35,219 bases of DNA from a virus (taxonomy: Duplodnaviria > Caudoviricetes), in IMG/VR virus record IMGVR_UViG_3300013005_000095, positions 1-35,219 of that record; one strand, 5' to 3'. Both the position numbers and the translations under genes were made by a program. Each line of letters opens with the position of its first letter. The stretch's first letter is position 1. The notes beneath the pieces are model-generated. The model saw only the letters and a program-made list of their open reading frames with translations. It had not been told where the DNA came from and did no database searches. Below, one piece after another: positions 16,244 to 25,931 of the stretch.

Positions 16244-16669
16244 ATGGCATTAGAAAAACTTGCTACAGTACTTAGGGCTCTTCAGCTATACGGGCAACAT
16301 GCACATAACAACTGTGCGGGCAAGTCTTTTATTCCAGATCACGATATGTTTGCTTCTTCTTATCAAGCCGCCGCCGATGCATACGATTCTGTAGTTGAAC
16401 GTATAATTGGTAGTACTGGAAAGCCTGTAGATACTATGGAAATTTCACTACAAGCTATTAAACTTACTGCATCTTGTAGTAGAAATCCCGGAGAATGTAA
16501 TACAGAATTCTTGCGTGGAGTTCTTAAATTAGAATTAGCTACGTGCGTACATATAGATCAGCTGTGTGAGTCTCGTTCTCTTCCCGAAGGAACCCGTCAA
16601 TTGATTGGCGATATTGCTGATAAATCCATGTCAAGACAATACAAACTTAAGCAGCGTCTTAAGGAGTAA
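16244..16669 (+). CDS. Dps/ferritin-like protein
   Basis: QHAHNNCAGKSFIPDHDMFASSYQAAADAYDSVVERIIG matches the Dps signature H-W-N-x2-G-x2-F-x3-H-x14-D-x3-ER (H,H,D,E retained; W replaced by N); 141 aa fits a four-helix bundle. Confidence 0.78.
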   Translation: MALEKLATVLRALQLYGQHAHNNCAGKSFIPDHDMFASSYQAAADAYDSVVERIIGSTGKPVDTMEISLQAIKLTASCSRNPGECNTEFLRGVLKLELATCVHIDQLCESRSLPEGTRQLIGDIADKSMSRQYKLKQRLKE

Positions 16670-16671
16670 TC

Positions 16672-19600
16672 ATGGCCTTACAATATACCAATATCCCAGA
16701 ACAGGATTTCGGGCGTGGTATAGATGCACGTTCTGCTGAAAATCAAATTGGCGAAGGCTTTGTTCGTGATCTATTAAATGCCGATGTAATTGAAAAAAGA
16801 GTTAGAAAGCGAACAGGATATCAGTCTTATGCGGGCAATGTACCAGTTCGAACAACCCGTATGGATTACGACACTAACGTAGATCCATCTAAACGAATGA
16901 TATGTTTTACCTTAGATTCCATAGTATCCCTCAATACTACAATTTCTCTGGAATCTGTTAGATCCTCCCCCCTAGTCATATATGGAAGATCCTCTACCTT
17001 TACTACAGGTCAGGGACCTATTACAACTTCCGGCGATGTAGCTTTGTATTATGACAGATTTACTATTCCCATTAGAAAAGAACTATTGGCCCCGTCTGGC
17101 ACCTTAACAATTGCCGGAACAGAACACGGTCTAGGTACAAGTCAGTTCTTTTGTAATGTAGTAGAATCTGATTCAACTCTAAATAATTCGTATTCAGATA
17201 TATTAACAGATGCCGTTAGAATAAATACTTCTACGTATGATATTAATATTGACTATACGGTATATCAAAATACAAACGCTATTGTTTATTATTTAAATAA
17301 ACCAACTACGGCGGGAGATGTATACGTTCAAACTTGGAATCATCCGGGCGGAACGGATACATTACCTATTCCTACAACTACTCACAATCTTACTAATTTT
17401 AATATTGTATCTAAAATATATGAAGATACTCTTAGCGAGTGGACAGAAATTGAAGAAGATGATTTTACTTTAGACAATGCTGGAAATGTATCTATTACAA
17501 TTACTGCAGCCGTCCCAACAGTATATCAGATTGTTCTTTCAGCAGCCCCAACTACAAATGTAAAAGAGGGGCAAATTGGTCCTTTACTTGCTCAACAAAA
17601 TGTAACTATAGAAAATTTATCACACCCGTGGGTATTCTATAATATCTATGTTAAAAAACCAAGCAGCTCTGATTACGAAAAAGTTGAAGCAAATAGTGTA
17701 AGTTATGACAATTTAAATAATTCTATTACATTTAACTTTGATACATATGCTGCTGAATCATATAAGATATTTTACGAATATGGAGATATTCGAAGTAACG
17801 TACTGTGTGTATATGACTCCTCTGTAACAGTAGACGGAACAGATGTTTCACCGCAAGTCACGATCTGGGGATTAGATCATTCAGAAATTTATACAGATAA
17901 AACAAATAGAGAGGGTTGGGTAACTCATATAGATACTTACCGTCGAAGCGGAGAACAGCGTGTTGTTTGCGGCCTCGGTGGAAATTTATTTATTGCAAGA
18001 GATTTTGGAGAAATATGGAATTCGGATACAGCAGAAACTTATGATTCTGAATACCTGTATCCCACCTTGTATCCTTCTTTATATTCTAGAACTTCTGCCG
18101 AACTTAGGATAGGTCCTGTATTTTATGATAGCACAGACTCTCCCGCCCGTACCAGAGGCTATATTAGAACTACCGGAGGTGGTACAAGTAAAGTATTGAT
18201 AACTTCCGTAGTATATGATTCTAGTAATAATGGCTGGACTAAGTATACTTTATCCGTACCAAATATGGATATTCAAGGAACGCTATCTACAATTATTAGT
18301 ACTACTGTCGGACTAGAGGATTGGTTGACGGTTAGTAATATGTCTTACAAAAGACATGAGGGCACTTTTAAAATTAAACAAGTTACTCCCGGAACTAATC
18401 AGTTAGAAATTTGGGTAGAAAATAATAGTAACTCTGTGGACTATAATGATTTAAATACGGGAGGATATGCTGGAATATTTACAGATCAAATTACATGGTC
18501 TGCAAATTGTTCTTATATTCCAAACGACACCCTTCTTCTTTCTGGACAAGAACTAACTGCAGTATACTCTAGCTCACAAACTACAACAGTGTGTGGCCCG
18601 TTTAATGATTTAGTTGATTTAGCCAACGGCGTACTTATAACTGCAAAAAGAACATCATCAGTTATTCCAATGCGACTTGGGCTTCCCTCATTAACAGACT
18701 CCGTAACAAACTTAGTTAGAGGAGACATGCTTTCTTATACCGGACTTAATAGACAACTTCGAGTACTGTCTATTAATGCTGGACCTGATTATACAATTAC
18801 ATCTATTGTTGGGGATGGTCAGATTGCTACAGTAACTCTTGCTGGTGGCGGCACTACAGAGTATTTATCTGGAGATCAGAAGGTAATATTAATTAGTGCA
18901 GGACCTTATTCTGGACTTCAGACAGTAACAGACATCTTATCTTCTACAGTATTTACTATTTCTAGTGAACTTACTGAGGCGGTAGGTACTGCAATTCTTT
19001 CGGGGAAAACCATTGAAGTTGATGAAAACTTAGAATGGCAAGATACTGCTGGGGATCAAACTAAATTTCAAGTAATTAGAAGATGGATTCCTGTTGAGGC
19101 TCCGGACGATTCATGGGCTCTTACTCCATTCACTCACGTAAGATATTTCGAATCTGATGAATATTCCGATCAATCATTTATTAGATCTACCACGGTATCA
19201 GATAACTTATATTTGACTAATGGTAAAGATGAGGTAATGAAATTTGACGGTCAGAATATATACAGGGCCGGATTACCCGCATGGCAGCCTGCATTATTTA
19301 TTACTCAGGACACTTCCGCAACAGCAAAGATTGTATTACCTAAGCCTAGAAGTATCCCATATACTGTAAGTTCTGGCCTAGCAAATTATTTGACCCGAGG
19401 CGAACTTCCTATAAACGCTGCAGATATACAGGTTATTCCTGTTGGAACTAAAGTAATTGTAGATGGATATACTGCTGCTCCTTATATAGTTCGTAACTAC
19501 GTAGATAAAAGCTCGGGCGGTGGAAACCATGTTATTCAATTTGATCGAGGATTAGATACCAGTATAGTTAGCTCCGGTACTATTTACGAAATTCCCGGCA

Positions 19601-21879
19601 CGTATAAATATTACTTTAGACTAAATGCTGTAGATGCCAATAATAATATAATAGCTTCTGCTATGACTTCCTCAGACGACATGTCTATAGAGATGACAGC
19701 TAATGCGGCAATTAATATTAAATTAGTAGGGCTGCCTACTTTTGATAATTATGATTATGATAGAATTGAAGTTCAGATATATAGAACTAAATTGTTGACA
19801 GGAACAGTGGCTCCCGTATTTTATTTAGTGGATACAATTGCTCTGAATTTTAATAACACAAATGGATATATTTTATATACAGATACAGCTTCGGATTCTG
19901 ATCTAAATCAATTAGATGTTACTTCTGCTATTGCTGGGGCAGAACTTGGTATTAATTGGTCAGACCCCCCACGAGCAAAATATATTACAACAACTTCAAA
20001 TCGTTTAATTTTAGGAAATGTAAAAGATTATCCTGAATTAGATATGCAAATTTTTGCTCCCCCAACTTTGAACAATTCTCAAATTACAGGCAATACTGTA
20101 TTTTTTAAACGAGATGCTTCTGATGCTGGATTAACTTCTAATGTGGTAGACCGTATTAAGTTTCAGTGGAGAAATGGTGCGGATAGAATTACTGTTACTG
20201 GATTAACTGGAGTATTAAATACCTCATTCACTGTTACTGTAAATAATACAGCAGCGATTGGAGACTGGGTATATTTAACTTATGATACTGTAGCTACTTC
20301 CGGTAGACCACTAAAATATTCCGGCTGGTGGCAAATAGCTTCTCGCACTCCAACTTCTATTACCATAAACTTTAATCAAGCAGATTCCGGAGCGGTGGCT
20401 ACTTATCCAAACAGGGCTGTCTTTAGTTCTATTGCAGGAACTGTGCCTGTATTATTAAACACTGACGGAAATTTGGGGCAGTTAAATGGAGATACTTTTG
20501 ATATCTTCGATGCCACACGTCGTTTAGCTCTTGCTATAAATTGTGTAATGAGACAAGTAGATGTCACAATTTCTGGGATGTCTGCGTTCCGACCGTGGTT
20601 ATCTGCCCGAAGCGGTAATGATCTTGCTTCCGGCGGAAGAATTGTAGTAAGGTCTACAGAGGCCGTAGATGTATTTCCGAGTGTTCAATGGACATTTTCT
20701 AATTATAATGTATTTATTAACTCAATTCAGGTAGCCTCGAATGAAAGTGTGCAGGCAGCTCAAAAGATATTTCCAAGCCGTGTACTTATTAGTTACCCTA
20801 ACTACCCTGAAATATTCGACAATCCTACATCCATACTGGATATCGACAGTCTTTCGGCTATTGATATTAACCCTGCGGACGGCCAAGAGATTACTGGCAT
20901 AATCCCATTCTTCGGGGAAACAGCCTTTACTGCAGCACAACAAGAAAGTGCACTTGTCGTATTTAAAACAAATTCTATATATTTAGTAAATATTAATCAG
21001 AAAGCATCTGGAGGCAGTCTTGTCGTACAGCGCCTAGAAACTCAGGGATTAGGGTGTACAGCCCCATACAGTATTTCTGTAACTAGAAATGGCATAATGT
21101 TTGCTAATAACTCCGGCATCTATGCCTTAGGTAAAGATCAAAATATCAGATATATTGGCAAGTTTATGGAACGTAATTGGGTAGGTAGAGTAGATTCGAA
21201 TGCGTTGGAATTAGCTCAGGGTCATCACTATGCTGTAGGAAGGATGTACAAACTATCTATTCCTTTGACAAATAACGCCAATGCTACAACTGGATATCAG
21301 GAACCTACGGAAGTTTATGCCTATAACCATACTCAGGAAGACGAGCAGGGGGCCTTAGGGGCGTGGAGTAGGTATGATAACCACACTGCAATAGGGTGGG
21401 CAAATCTTGCTTCTGACGCATTCTGGGCGTCTACCGGAGGGAACGTATATATCCTTCGAGCAACGGGCACTGTAAGCGATTTTAGAGATTCTAATCAACC
21501 CATCGTATTCCGTTTAGATACCCGACCTAACAGCTACGGCAACTCGGGAATACGTAAAGTGCTAGATAAAATAGTAGCTAGTTACAGAACCGCTACCGGC
21601 ACCTCCTCGAATTTACTATACTATTCTACAGATCTAGAACAAGAATATTCATTAACTACTCCGTTTAATGTTAAGGGAACCGCCGCTCTTACGGGCTTGA
21701 GTGATATAATCGGCAAGGATATTGTAACCTTACGACATTCTCTGGACAGACGTAAAGGCGTTTATTTCTCTATTCGTATAGAAAACAATAACTTAGATGA
21801 GAATGTAGAAGTAGCGGGCTTAGATTATAGGGTAGGGGCGCTGGATAGTAAGGGCATTCTGTCAGCAGAGAAGACTTGA
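16672..21879 (+). CDS. large tail nozzle / tail tubular protein B-like protein with inserted beta domains
   Basis: 1735 aa; N-terminal GID…ENQI…LLNAD…VRKRTG, and NRLILGN, GQEITGI, LVVFKTNSIY, GLGCTAPYSI, GIMFANNSGIY, GAWSRY segments typical of podovirus nozzle beta-propellers; between adaptor and ejection genes. Confidence 0.75.
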   Translation: MALQYTNIPEQDFGRGIDARSAENQIGEGFVRDLLNADVIEKRVRKRTGYQSYAGNVPVRTTRMDYDTNVDPSKRMICFTLDSIVSLNTTISLESVRSSPLVIYGRSSTFTTGQGPITTSGDVALYYDRFTIPIRKELLAPSGTLTIAGTEHGLGTSQFFCNVVESDSTLNNSYSDILTDAVRINTSTYDINIDYTVYQNTNAIVYYLNKPTTAGDVYVQTWNHPGGTDTLPIPTTTHNLTNFNIVSKIYEDTLSEWTEIEEDDFTLDNAGNVSITITAAVPTVYQIVLSAAPTTNVKEGQIGPLLAQQNVTIENLSHPWVFYNIYVKKPSSSDYEKVEANSVSYDNLNNSITFNFDTYAAESYKIFYEYGDIRSNVLCVYDSSVTVDGTDVSPQVTIWGLDHSEIYTDKTNREGWVTHIDTYRRSGEQRVVCGLGGNLFIARDFGEIWNSDTAETYDSEYLYPTLYPSLYSRTSAELRIGPVFYDSTDSPARTRGYIRTTGGGTSKVLITSVVYDSSNNGWTKYTLSVPNMDIQGTLSTIISTTVGLEDWLTVSNMSYKRHEGTFKIKQVTPGTNQLEIWVENNSNSVDYNDLNTGGYAGIFTDQITWSANCSYIPNDTLLLSGQELTAVYSSSQTTTVCGPFNDLVDLANGVLITAKRTSSVIPMRLGLPSLTDSVTNLVRGDMLSYTGLNRQLRVLSINAGPDYTITSIVGDGQIATVTLAGGGTTEYLSGDQKVILISAGPYSGLQTVTDILSSTVFTISSELTEAVGTAILSGKTIEVDENLEWQDTAGDQTKFQVIRRWIPVEAPDDSWALTPFTHVRYFESDEYSDQSFIRSTTVSDNLYLTNGKDEVMKFDGQNIYRAGLPAWQPALFITQDTSATAKIVLPKPRSIPYTVSSGLANYLTRGELPINAADIQVIPVGTKVIVDGYTAAPYIVRNYVDKSSGGGNHVIQFDRGLDTSIVSSGTIYEIPGTYKYYFRLNAVDANNNIIASAMTSSDDMSIEMTANAAINIKLVGLPTFDNYDYDRIEVQIYRTKLLTGTVAPVFYLVDTIALNFNNTNGYILYTDTASDSDLNQLDVTSAIAGAELGINWSDPPRAKYITTTSNRLILGNVKDYPELDMQIFAPPTLNNSQITGNTVFFKRDASDAGLTSNVVDRIKFQWRNGADRITVTGLTGVLNTSFTVTVNNTAAIGDWVYLTYDTVATSGRPLKYSGWWQIASRTPTSITINFNQADSGAVATYPNRAVFSSIAGTVPVLLNTDGNLGQLNGDTFDIFDATRRLALAINCVMRQVDVTISGMSAFRPWLSARSGNDLASGGRIVVRSTEAVDVFPSVQWTFSNYNVFINSIQVASNESVQAAQKIFPSRVLISYPNYPEIFDNPTSILDIDSLSAIDINPADGQEITGIIPFFGETAFTAAQQESALVVFKTNSIYLVNINQKASGGSLVVQRLETQGLGCTAPYSISVTRNGIMFANNSGIYALGKDQNIRYIGKFMERNWVGRVDSNALELAQGHHYAVGRMYKLSIPLTNNANATTGYQEPTEVYAYNHTQEDEQGALGAWSRYDNHTAIGWANLASDAFWASTGGNVYILRATGTVSDFRDSNQPIVFRLDTRPNSYGNSGIRKVLDKIVASYRTATGTSSNLLYYSTDLEQEYSLTTPFNVKGTAALTGLSDIIGKDIVTLRHSLDRRKGVYFSIRIENNNLDENVEVAGLDYRVGALDSKGILSAEKT

Positions 21880-21903
21880 CAGATTCGTAAAACCCGATAC
21901 AAT
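21876..21903 (+). promoter_or_regulatory. sigma70-like promoter P3
   Basis: TTGACA (21876-21881), 16 bp, TACAAT (21898-21903). Confidence 0.6.
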
Positions 21904-21990
21904 TGGCTTACTAAGCCATTAAAAGGGTGGAACATATTATGTTACTATGTAAGGCTACAAGTAGCATACTGGACAGGAGCCGTTACTTAT

Positions 21991-22020
21991 TTGACATAAG
22001 GCCCCGATATGTGGTAAGAT
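21991..22020 (+). promoter_or_regulatory. sigma70-like promoter P4 with extended -10
   Basis: TTGACA (21991-21996), 18 bp, TAAGAT (22015-22020) preceded by TGG. Confidence 0.6.
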
Positions 22021-22047
22021 TTACACGATATGGGCCGACCTCTAAAC

Positions 22048-22071
22048 GGTCTTCCCCGGAGAAATGCTAGT
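22048..22071. repeat. 24-bp element, copy 2 (inverted relative to 5265-5288); overlaps SD of next gene
   Basis: GGTCTTCCCCGGAGAaatGCTAGT; includes GGAG upstream of ATG 22075. Confidence 0.8.
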
Positions 22072-22074
22072 AGT

Positions 22075-24267
22075 ATGGCGACGTTGCAACAAACATTAAG
22101 AGGATTGCCACAGGCAGACGACCAAATTAGTCGTGGGCCGGGTGGAGTATTGCAACAAAAAAAGACATTGCAACAAGCTACTCAACAATTAGGAGCACAA
22201 GTAGCGCCTACTACGCCACTTGGAGCTGAGATTGCGGGAGTCGGTCCACAGTCTGCAAAGATGGCTGGAACTCCGCAACAGTTAGGTGCTGCCCTTAAAG
22301 CAGCTGGTGAGCCCGCCCCGGATTTACAAACTGCCCTTCGACGTAAGCAGGCTAGAAAAGAAGCTACTGCAGAAGAGCAACAACGTATTACTAAGTCTGC
22401 CGACATGCAAAAGCTTGGAGGCTTAGGAGATAGAGTTACTAATTTTATTGACGATCAAATGCAAAAACTTGCAGTCACTCAAGAGCAGGCAGCAATAGCT
22501 CCGGCAGCTGTAGGTACTGTACAAGAATTTGAAGGTAAGCCGGTAGCAGCTGTAGCTGATACTCTTCAGAAATTACGTACTGCTACTCCCGGCACAGAAG
22601 AATATAATCAATTACTTATAGACGTAAATACTCATTTTGGTAGAGATCAACAAGGTAAGCTTCCATTAAGTGCTACAGAGTTGGCTTCATTATATCAATC
22701 GGCAGATCAAACAATTGGCGCAGCTGCTGGCAAAACAATTGAAGATCTATCCGTAGAAGATCTACTACAGGATCCACAATTTGGTTACGATACAAAACAA
22801 TTATCAGAACTTCTTGGAGTTCCAGAAACCGAAATAGCCGGTCTTACAGTAAAACAGTTATCAGATAAAGTGAATCAAGTTGCTTCTACAGAGTTTGGAC
22901 AAGCACAAGCTCTTAGACAAAAAGCAGTATCTCCTCTGGCTGGAGCGGCGGAACGTGGTCTTGCTCGAGAGGCGGGACGTGAATTGTCTGCCGTTGGTGT
23001 TAGAGCCAGTGAAGCTGATGTTCAGAGAATTGCTGAGGCTGTTAGTAGGGCAGATCAGGTTACATTTGCCGGTCAGGTCATGTCTGCTGAAGATGCTTTA
23101 TCTGACGATAATATATCTGCAGTCGTTAAGGACTATTTGGAGTCTCCAGAAGACTCAGATATTAGAAAAGAACTACGAGAGTCAGAACCAGAACTTGCTA
23201 AATTTATTGATTCACATCAGGCAGTTCTTACAGAAGCTGCTAAGAGAATTGATACTGGCGCTACCGAATTTAAGAAAGTACAAGAAGATAATAAAAAACT
23301 TATTTCTGATGCTATGGGCGGAATTCCCCTCGATCCAGCAGTACAGAAAGCTCTCTTTCCGGGATCTACTGGACTTGCTAAAAAGCGATTTACAACTCAA
23401 GACAGTCCTATACTTACTCATCTACAAAATAAAACTCCAGATGAAAAGAAAACATTTGCTTCTCAAATTTCAGAAGTCGCTTCTATTAATCCTTCTACTT
23501 CCGAAGAAATATCTAAACTTACTCCAGAACAGCTTGCAACTCTTAATATTGAAGGAAACGGTAAGAGGTGGAAATCTTATAAAAATATATTAGACGACAA
23601 TATAACTGCCTCTAACTTAGAACCAAATGAAACAGAATCTTTACTGGCTCTATATTCTCCGTCAATTATTTCTCCAGAGCAAGTTAATACTGACATTCAA
23701 AATAATACTATTATGTCAAATCTAGGATTCGGTGACTCCGCATATACGACTGGAACTCTTCCTGTTGTGGATGGAAAACTTAATACAGAAACTTTAAAAG
23801 ATACTTTCTTAAAAAATAACCCCAAACCTACCGTAGCGGAAGCTGCTGAAGGTACGGCTAAGGCTGCTGAATTTAAATATGCGGGGCCAAAAATTCCAGA
23901 ATTCAATACACCACAGGCTAGGGTATTAGAGGACTGGGGCGATATTGGTAAGTCAGGTCAAACTCCAGATATAAATACTGTAAGTGATCGTATAAGTAAT
24001 TTAGTCTACGGAACAAGAGCACAAACTCCTTTGTCTGTAGTTTTAGGTACGGGAACAGAAGTATCGCCTGTAGATATTTTTTGGTGGAAAAAATCTGTTA
24101 TTGACGATTTAAAGGCATCTGGAACTTGGTCTAAATGGGGATTAACTGATGCTGATGCAAACCGAATTAATCCCGACCCACTAGCAAATATAAACATAGG
24201 GGAAATACGAGTTGACCCAATGGACATAAATTTAGGCAATCTTCCCGGCTTGGATATAAGGGTATAA
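22075..24267 (+). CDS. probable internal virion / ejection protein
   Basis: Start at MATLQQ (22075) preferred over 22030, which lies just after the P4 -10 box and lacks an SD; Q/A/E-rich helical protein following the nozzle gene. Confidence 0.65.
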   Translation: MATLQQTLRGLPQADDQISRGPGGVLQQKKTLQQATQQLGAQVAPTTPLGAEIAGVGPQSAKMAGTPQQLGAALKAAGEPAPDLQTALRRKQARKEATAEEQQRITKSADMQKLGGLGDRVTNFIDDQMQKLAVTQEQAAIAPAAVGTVQEFEGKPVAAVADTLQKLRTATPGTEEYNQLLIDVNTHFGRDQQGKLPLSATELASLYQSADQTIGAAAGKTIEDLSVEDLLQDPQFGYDTKQLSELLGVPETEIAGLTVKQLSDKVNQVASTEFGQAQALRQKAVSPLAGAAERGLAREAGRELSAVGVRASEADVQRIAEAVSRADQVTFAGQVMSAEDALSDDNISAVVKDYLESPEDSDIRKELRESEPELAKFIDSHQAVLTEAAKRIDTGATEFKKVQEDNKKLISDAMGGIPLDPAVQKALFPGSTGLAKKRFTTQDSPILTHLQNKTPDEKKTFASQISEVASINPSTSEEISKLTPEQLATLNIEGNGKRWKSYKNILDDNITASNLEPNETESLLALYSPSIISPEQVNTDIQNNTIMSNLGFGDSAYTTGTLPVVDGKLNTETLKDTFLKNNPKPTVAEAAEGTAKAAEFKYAGPKIPEFNTPQARVLEDWGDIGKSGQTPDINTVSDRISNLVYGTRAQTPLSVVLGTGTEVSPVDIFWWKKSVIDDLKASGTWSKWGLTDADANRINPDPLANINIGEIRVDPMDINLGNLPGLDIRV

Positions 24268-24273
24268 TTTTTT

Positions 24274-25071
24274 ATGGCAAACTTATTAGAAGCACTACAA
24301 CCTCAAATGCAAGATACAACCTCTCAGTTGTCTACTTTACTTCGAGCTAAGACAGGCAAAGCCGGTGCAGCCCCCACAGGAACCACATCTACCCAGCAAG
24401 AGCAGGCAGCTGTAGCGCAAACTGCTCAAGCTATGGAGCCTGTAAAACAGGCGGCAGCTACTCAACAGGTAGCACAAGAACAACAAGCTCGTGAAATTGT
24501 TCAGAAAACCCAACAACAACAAGCTCAGATTCAACAACAACGTCAGGCTAATGCCGTACAAACTCAACTCCGTACTAATGAACTTCTTCAGGGTTTAGAA
24601 CAAGGTAAGGGACGTATTGATTTAGCTAGATATCAGGCAGGGTTAGAGCAAGTAGGGCAGAATTTACGCTTGAGTAATCAGCAATATATTGATAATCTAC
24701 AACGTGAAGGCGCTCGAGCTAGACTTAATGTTGATCTGCAATTTAAAGAACAATTAGCACGGGCTACTCTAGAAGATAATAAACAATTATTAGAAAAACA
24801 ATTAGGTAATAAATCAATACTTGCGGCAAGTGATAGGGAATTTTCTAAGAGAATGGCAGAGATGGGCTTAAATAGTGCTTGGGAAATGTTTAGAAATGAT
24901 GCTAAAGCAGCTAAGGACACGGCTGTATTTACTGGAATTGGCGGATTAATAACCACAGGTATTGGAGCATATGGAACTTATGAAGATGCTCAGGAAAAGA
25001 AAGCACTTAGACAGTCTGTAAAAAATCAAGAACTTGCTATGTCTCGTTCTAACTTTTATGATGAGAATTAA
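24274..25071 (+). CDS. probable ejection protein (Gln-rich coiled coil, Gly-rich hydrophobic C-terminal segment)
   Basis: 265 aa; QQ-rich; AVFTGIGGLITTGIGAYG. Confidence 0.65.
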   Translation: MANLLEALQPQMQDTTSQLSTLLRAKTGKAGAAPTGTTSTQQEQAAVAQTAQAMEPVKQAAATQQVAQEQQAREIVQKTQQQQAQIQQQRQANAVQTQLRTNELLQGLEQGKGRIDLARYQAGLEQVGQNLRLSNQQYIDNLQREGARARLNVDLQFKEQLARATLEDNKQLLEKQLGNKSILAASDREFSKRMAEMGLNSAWEMFRNDAKAAKDTAVFTGIGGLITTGIGAYGTYEDAQEKKALRQSVKNQELAMSRSNFYDEN

Positions 25072-25073
25072 TA

Positions 25074-25928
25074 ATGGCAGCACCAACCGGACAATCACCT
25101 AGAATGACAGCTCTGCAAAACTTGCAGAATCAATTGCCTGCAGCTAGTTCCCGGGTGGCGCAGGGACTTCAGGCAGCTCGTGATATTCAGTTACAGCAAG
25201 CCGTAGCTAAAGCTCCAACTCCGGCAGCAATAGCTCCCGTAGCTCAACAAACTGCAGCTGCGGCTACTCAACAGATGGGACAACAGCAGGTTGGTCAAGC
25301 AGAGCAAATGGTTCAACAGGCTGGAAGATTAGGTCAGTTGCAATTAGGTGAGCAACAGATGGCTGCACAGAAGTCAATATTCGGCGCACAACAGGCTGCC
25401 CAAAAGCAAGAATTAGATAATGTTCAAAGGCTTGCTCAATTAGATATGTCAGCTAAAAAAGAATTATATGATAATGAAATACAATTTAAACGAGACGAAG
25501 CTGGTCGTACTCTTTTTAATCAAAGACAATTAGCGGACTATGCAAGACAGAATGCAGTTTCTGATGAGCAATATAAAAATTATGCCCAACAAGCCGACCA
25601 GTTAAATAGACGTAAATTGCAAGCAATGGAAACTGCATATAACCTTGTGATGGAAGATTTAAAACAACGTTGGGCAATGGCAGAACAAGTTAAAGATCAA
25701 AAAGCTAAAGAACAAATTGTTAATATTGAAAATGCAATAAAGAAAAGAATGGCTAAAGCTAGGGCTAAAGCCGCTAACAATGCTGCTATGTGGCAGGCAG
25801 GCGGTATGATTGTAGGGGCGGCTATTGGTACTATGGTAGCACCGGCGGGCGGAACAGCTATGGGAGCAATGATCGGTGCTCAGGTGGGCGGAGCTGCCGG
25901 AACTGCAGTCGGATCGCAACAGGAGTAA
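25074..25928 (+). CDS. probable ejection protein with C-terminal glycine zipper
   Basis: 284 aa; Q/A-rich; AGGMIVGAAIGTMVAPAGGTAMGAMIGAQVGGAAGTAVG (GxxxG repeats). Confidence 0.7.
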   Translation: MAAPTGQSPRMTALQNLQNQLPAASSRVAQGLQAARDIQLQQAVAKAPTPAAIAPVAQQTAAAATQQMGQQQVGQAEQMVQQAGRLGQLQLGEQQMAAQKSIFGAQQAAQKQELDNVQRLAQLDMSAKKELYDNEIQFKRDEAGRTLFNQRQLADYARQNAVSDEQYKNYAQQADQLNRRKLQAMETAYNLVMEDLKQRWAMAEQVKDQKAKEQIVNIENAIKKRMAKARAKAANNAAMWQAGGMIVGAAIGTMVAPAGGTAMGAMIGAQVGGAAGTAVGSQQE

Positions 25929-25931
25929 TAT

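Noticed and set aside
22880-23593. 237-aa alternative-frame ORF inside the first ejection gene
   Set aside because: Leu/Lys-rich composition expected from the shifted frame of T/A-ending codons; TTG start without SD.
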